Source: Candidatus Dormiibacterota bacterium (GTDB lineage Bacteria; Chloroflexota; Dormibacteria; Aeolococcales; Aeolococcaceae). From it: a DNA stretch of 64,000 bases. Where the stretch lies: NCBI GenBank assembly GCA_963709585.1, contig CAVPXI010000013.1, forward strand, positions 128,001-192,000. The letters are read 5' to 3'. Below are positions 62,254-64,000 of the stretch, piece after piece. A program made the translations under genes and the position numbers. The notes beneath the pieces were generated by a model. It searched no databases. It was not told where the DNA came from and saw only the letters and a program-made list of their open reading frames with translations. How positions within the stretch are numbered: position 1 is the stretch's first letter; every line of letters begins with the position of its first letter.

Positions 62254-62889
62254 TCAGGCCCCAGCGATCAGCGACCGCGCTTCTGCCGGGCCGACTACGA
62301 GATCGTGAAGGTCCCCGCCCACCTCTAGTCGGCTCGACTGTTTGATCCCGCCGAGCTTCATCGGCTCGAAGCCGGCCGTCCGGATCAACCGCTCGACTAC
62401 GTCGCTCCCACGGTCGTCGTCAGTCACGTAGAACAGAACGGCGGGTTCGGGTGTTCGGTTGCTCGAGGACTCGAAGAGATCGGCCGACATGGTGCCAAAC
62501 GCCATGGCCAACCGTGCCCCGGTCGGCAACCACCCGGCGATCGTCTCGCCAGATGTTTGCCCTTGTGGTAGGAGCCGCACAACCTTCCCTTGCGCGTCGA
62601 GGCCGACCGGGTTGCTCGGAGCGATGAGGGACTTGTGGCCCAGCGCGTCGGCGATCTCGTCGATGACGTCCTTCAGAACGGAGAATCGCAGCGAGAGGAT
62701 GACAGCGTCGGCTCCCTGCAGCGCGCTCTGGTTGTCGACCGCCACGACAGCCGCCGCGCCGATCTCCTCAGCGAGCCTTCGTGCCAACTCGTTGTCGGCG
62801 CTCGAGAGCTGCAGAGCCTCCCCGCCGGAGGCGAGCTGACGCGCGATGGCCGATCCGATGCCTCCGGTGCCGATGATCGCCGTGGTCAT
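62254..62889 (-). CDS. NADPH-dependent F420 reductase-like oxidoreductase
   Basis: TAIIGTGGIG, SNPV, AFGT, AGFEP motifs. Confidence 0.85.
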   Translation of the reverse strand: MTTAIIGTGGIGSAIARQLASGGEALQLSSADNELARRLAEEIGAAAVVAVDNQSALQGADAVILSLRFSVLKDVIDEIADALGHKSLIAPSNPVGLDAQGKVVRLLPQGQTSGETIAGWLPTGARLAMAFGTMSADLFESSSNRTPEPAVLFYVTDDDRGSDVVERLIRTAGFEPMKLGGIKQSSRLEVGGDLHDLVVGPAEARSLIAGA

Positions 62890-62917
62890 GATGGAGATCT
62901 CCGCCCGGTCAGGGAGA

Positions 62918-63829
62918 TCATTGCGACGTGCTCGGTGACCATTGATCGGGGAACCAATCTCCCCCCGGGTCCGTCGTTTGTCCCACCTCGATGAGATGAC
63001 CATCGGGATCGCGGAAATAGCAACGGATTTCGTACTGGTGCTGCTTCGGTGGCGTCAAGAATTCCGCACCGCGCGCGCTCCATTGCGTGTACACAGCGTG
63101 GATGTCCGTCACTCGTACATTGAGGAAACTGCTGACCCGGTAGGGATCGGCGGGCGTCTCAAGGGTGACCTCCGGCTTGTCGTCGGTCGGCCCCCCACCG
63201 ACGTTGATGATGATCCAACTGTTTGACAGTTGGACATAGGTGAGACCTCCGGGTCCGGAGAAGGCATCCCTGCCGCCGAGCACATCCGTGTAGAAGCGGC
63301 GAGAGCGTTCGACATCGCCCGACACGATGAAGTGGGCTAGCACGATTCCCTCTGGGGGCGTTGGGAGCTCGTTGGCGGGCGTAATTGATGGCCAGTGATC
63401 GGGTACCCAGTCCCCCTGCGGGTCGGTGGTCTGTCCAACTTCGATCAGGTGACCATCGGGATCACGGATGTAGCAACGGATCTCGTACTGATGCTGCTTC
63501 GGAGGCGTCAGAAACTGAGCGCCCCGCGCGCTCCATTCGGAGTACACCGTCTCGATGTCGTTGACCCGGATGTTGACGAAGCTGCTCACCCGATTTGGGT
63601 CGCCGGGCGTCTCCAGAGTGACCTCCGGTTTGTCGTCGGTCGGGCCTCCGCCGGCATTGATGACGATCCAGCTATTGGCGAGTGCGACATTGGTCGGTCC
63701 TCCGGGGCTGGAGAAGGCGACCCGGCCCCCAAGGACTTCGGTGTAGAAGTGCCGAGAGCGCTCGACATCGTCCGACACGACGAAGTGTGTGAGCAGGATT
63801 CCCTCTCGGCGGGGAGTGACCTCGGCCAT
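62918..63829 (-). CDS. Tandem-duplicated VOC/glyoxalase protein
   Basis: Two near-identical halves EGI.L.HF.VS.DVERSR.FYT.VLGG...EIRCY.RDPDGHLIEVGQTTDP. Confidence 0.9.
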   Translation of the reverse strand: MAEVTPRREGILLTHFVVSDDVERSRHFYTEVLGGRVAFSSPGGPTNVALANSWIVINAGGGPTDDKPEVTLETPGDPNRVSSFVNIRVNDIETVYSEWSARGAQFLTPPKQHQYEIRCYIRDPDGHLIEVGQTTDPQGDWVPDHWPSITPANELPTPPEGIVLAHFIVSGDVERSRRFYTDVLGGRDAFSGPGGLTYVQLSNSWIIINVGGGPTDDKPEVTLETPADPYRVSSFLNVRVTDIHAVYTQWSARGAEFLTPPKQHQYEIRCYFRDPDGHLIEVGQTTDPGGDWFPDQWSPSTSQ

Positions 63830-64000
63830 CTGCTACCTCCGATGATCTACGAGGGTCATAGCCGTGCCAGCTGCGCCTAAATGCGCTGCAAAGACGGCGG
63901 CATTTTGGCGATCTCCATTCGAAGGGTTTTGAAACCCGAATCGAAGATGGTCGAGAAACTCGGGAACGGCTGGATGACGTCGCTTAATACCTCCAACGGA

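Overview
GC-rich bacterial accessory region with no core housekeeping genes and no intact rRNA, tRNA or CRISPR. It carries regulators (two-component systems, LuxR/SARP, three ECF sigma factors), MFS/ABC transporters, redox and detoxification enzymes, a vapBC-type toxin-antitoxin pair, one intact and one fragmentary IS110, and many frameshifted or truncated genes. Two unusual structures stand out. (1) Two families of co-oriented, diverged non-coding repeats cut the window into 2-10 kb cargo blocks. Family A has 6 copies (1.2-34.3 kb). Each holds the 3' half of tRNA-Pro(GGG) with conserved flanking arms, and four copies begin with an invariant Xer/dif-like 24-mer. Family B has 5 copies (37.7-57.1 kb) with phased TGGACG repeats and a 9-bp hairpin; one copy abuts a tRNA-Gln 3' end. 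No integrase was found in the window, so this looks like a tRNA-anchored array of integrase-less cassettes (inference). (2) At 40.4-46.3 kb lies a ubiquitin-like protein-JAB-E1 operon with no E2, divergent from an HTH-ImmA/IrrE peptidase and a PIN gene, followed by an HNH-like gene and an unannotated excisionase-like HTH gene. All calls come from reading the sequence by eye; no database searches were run.
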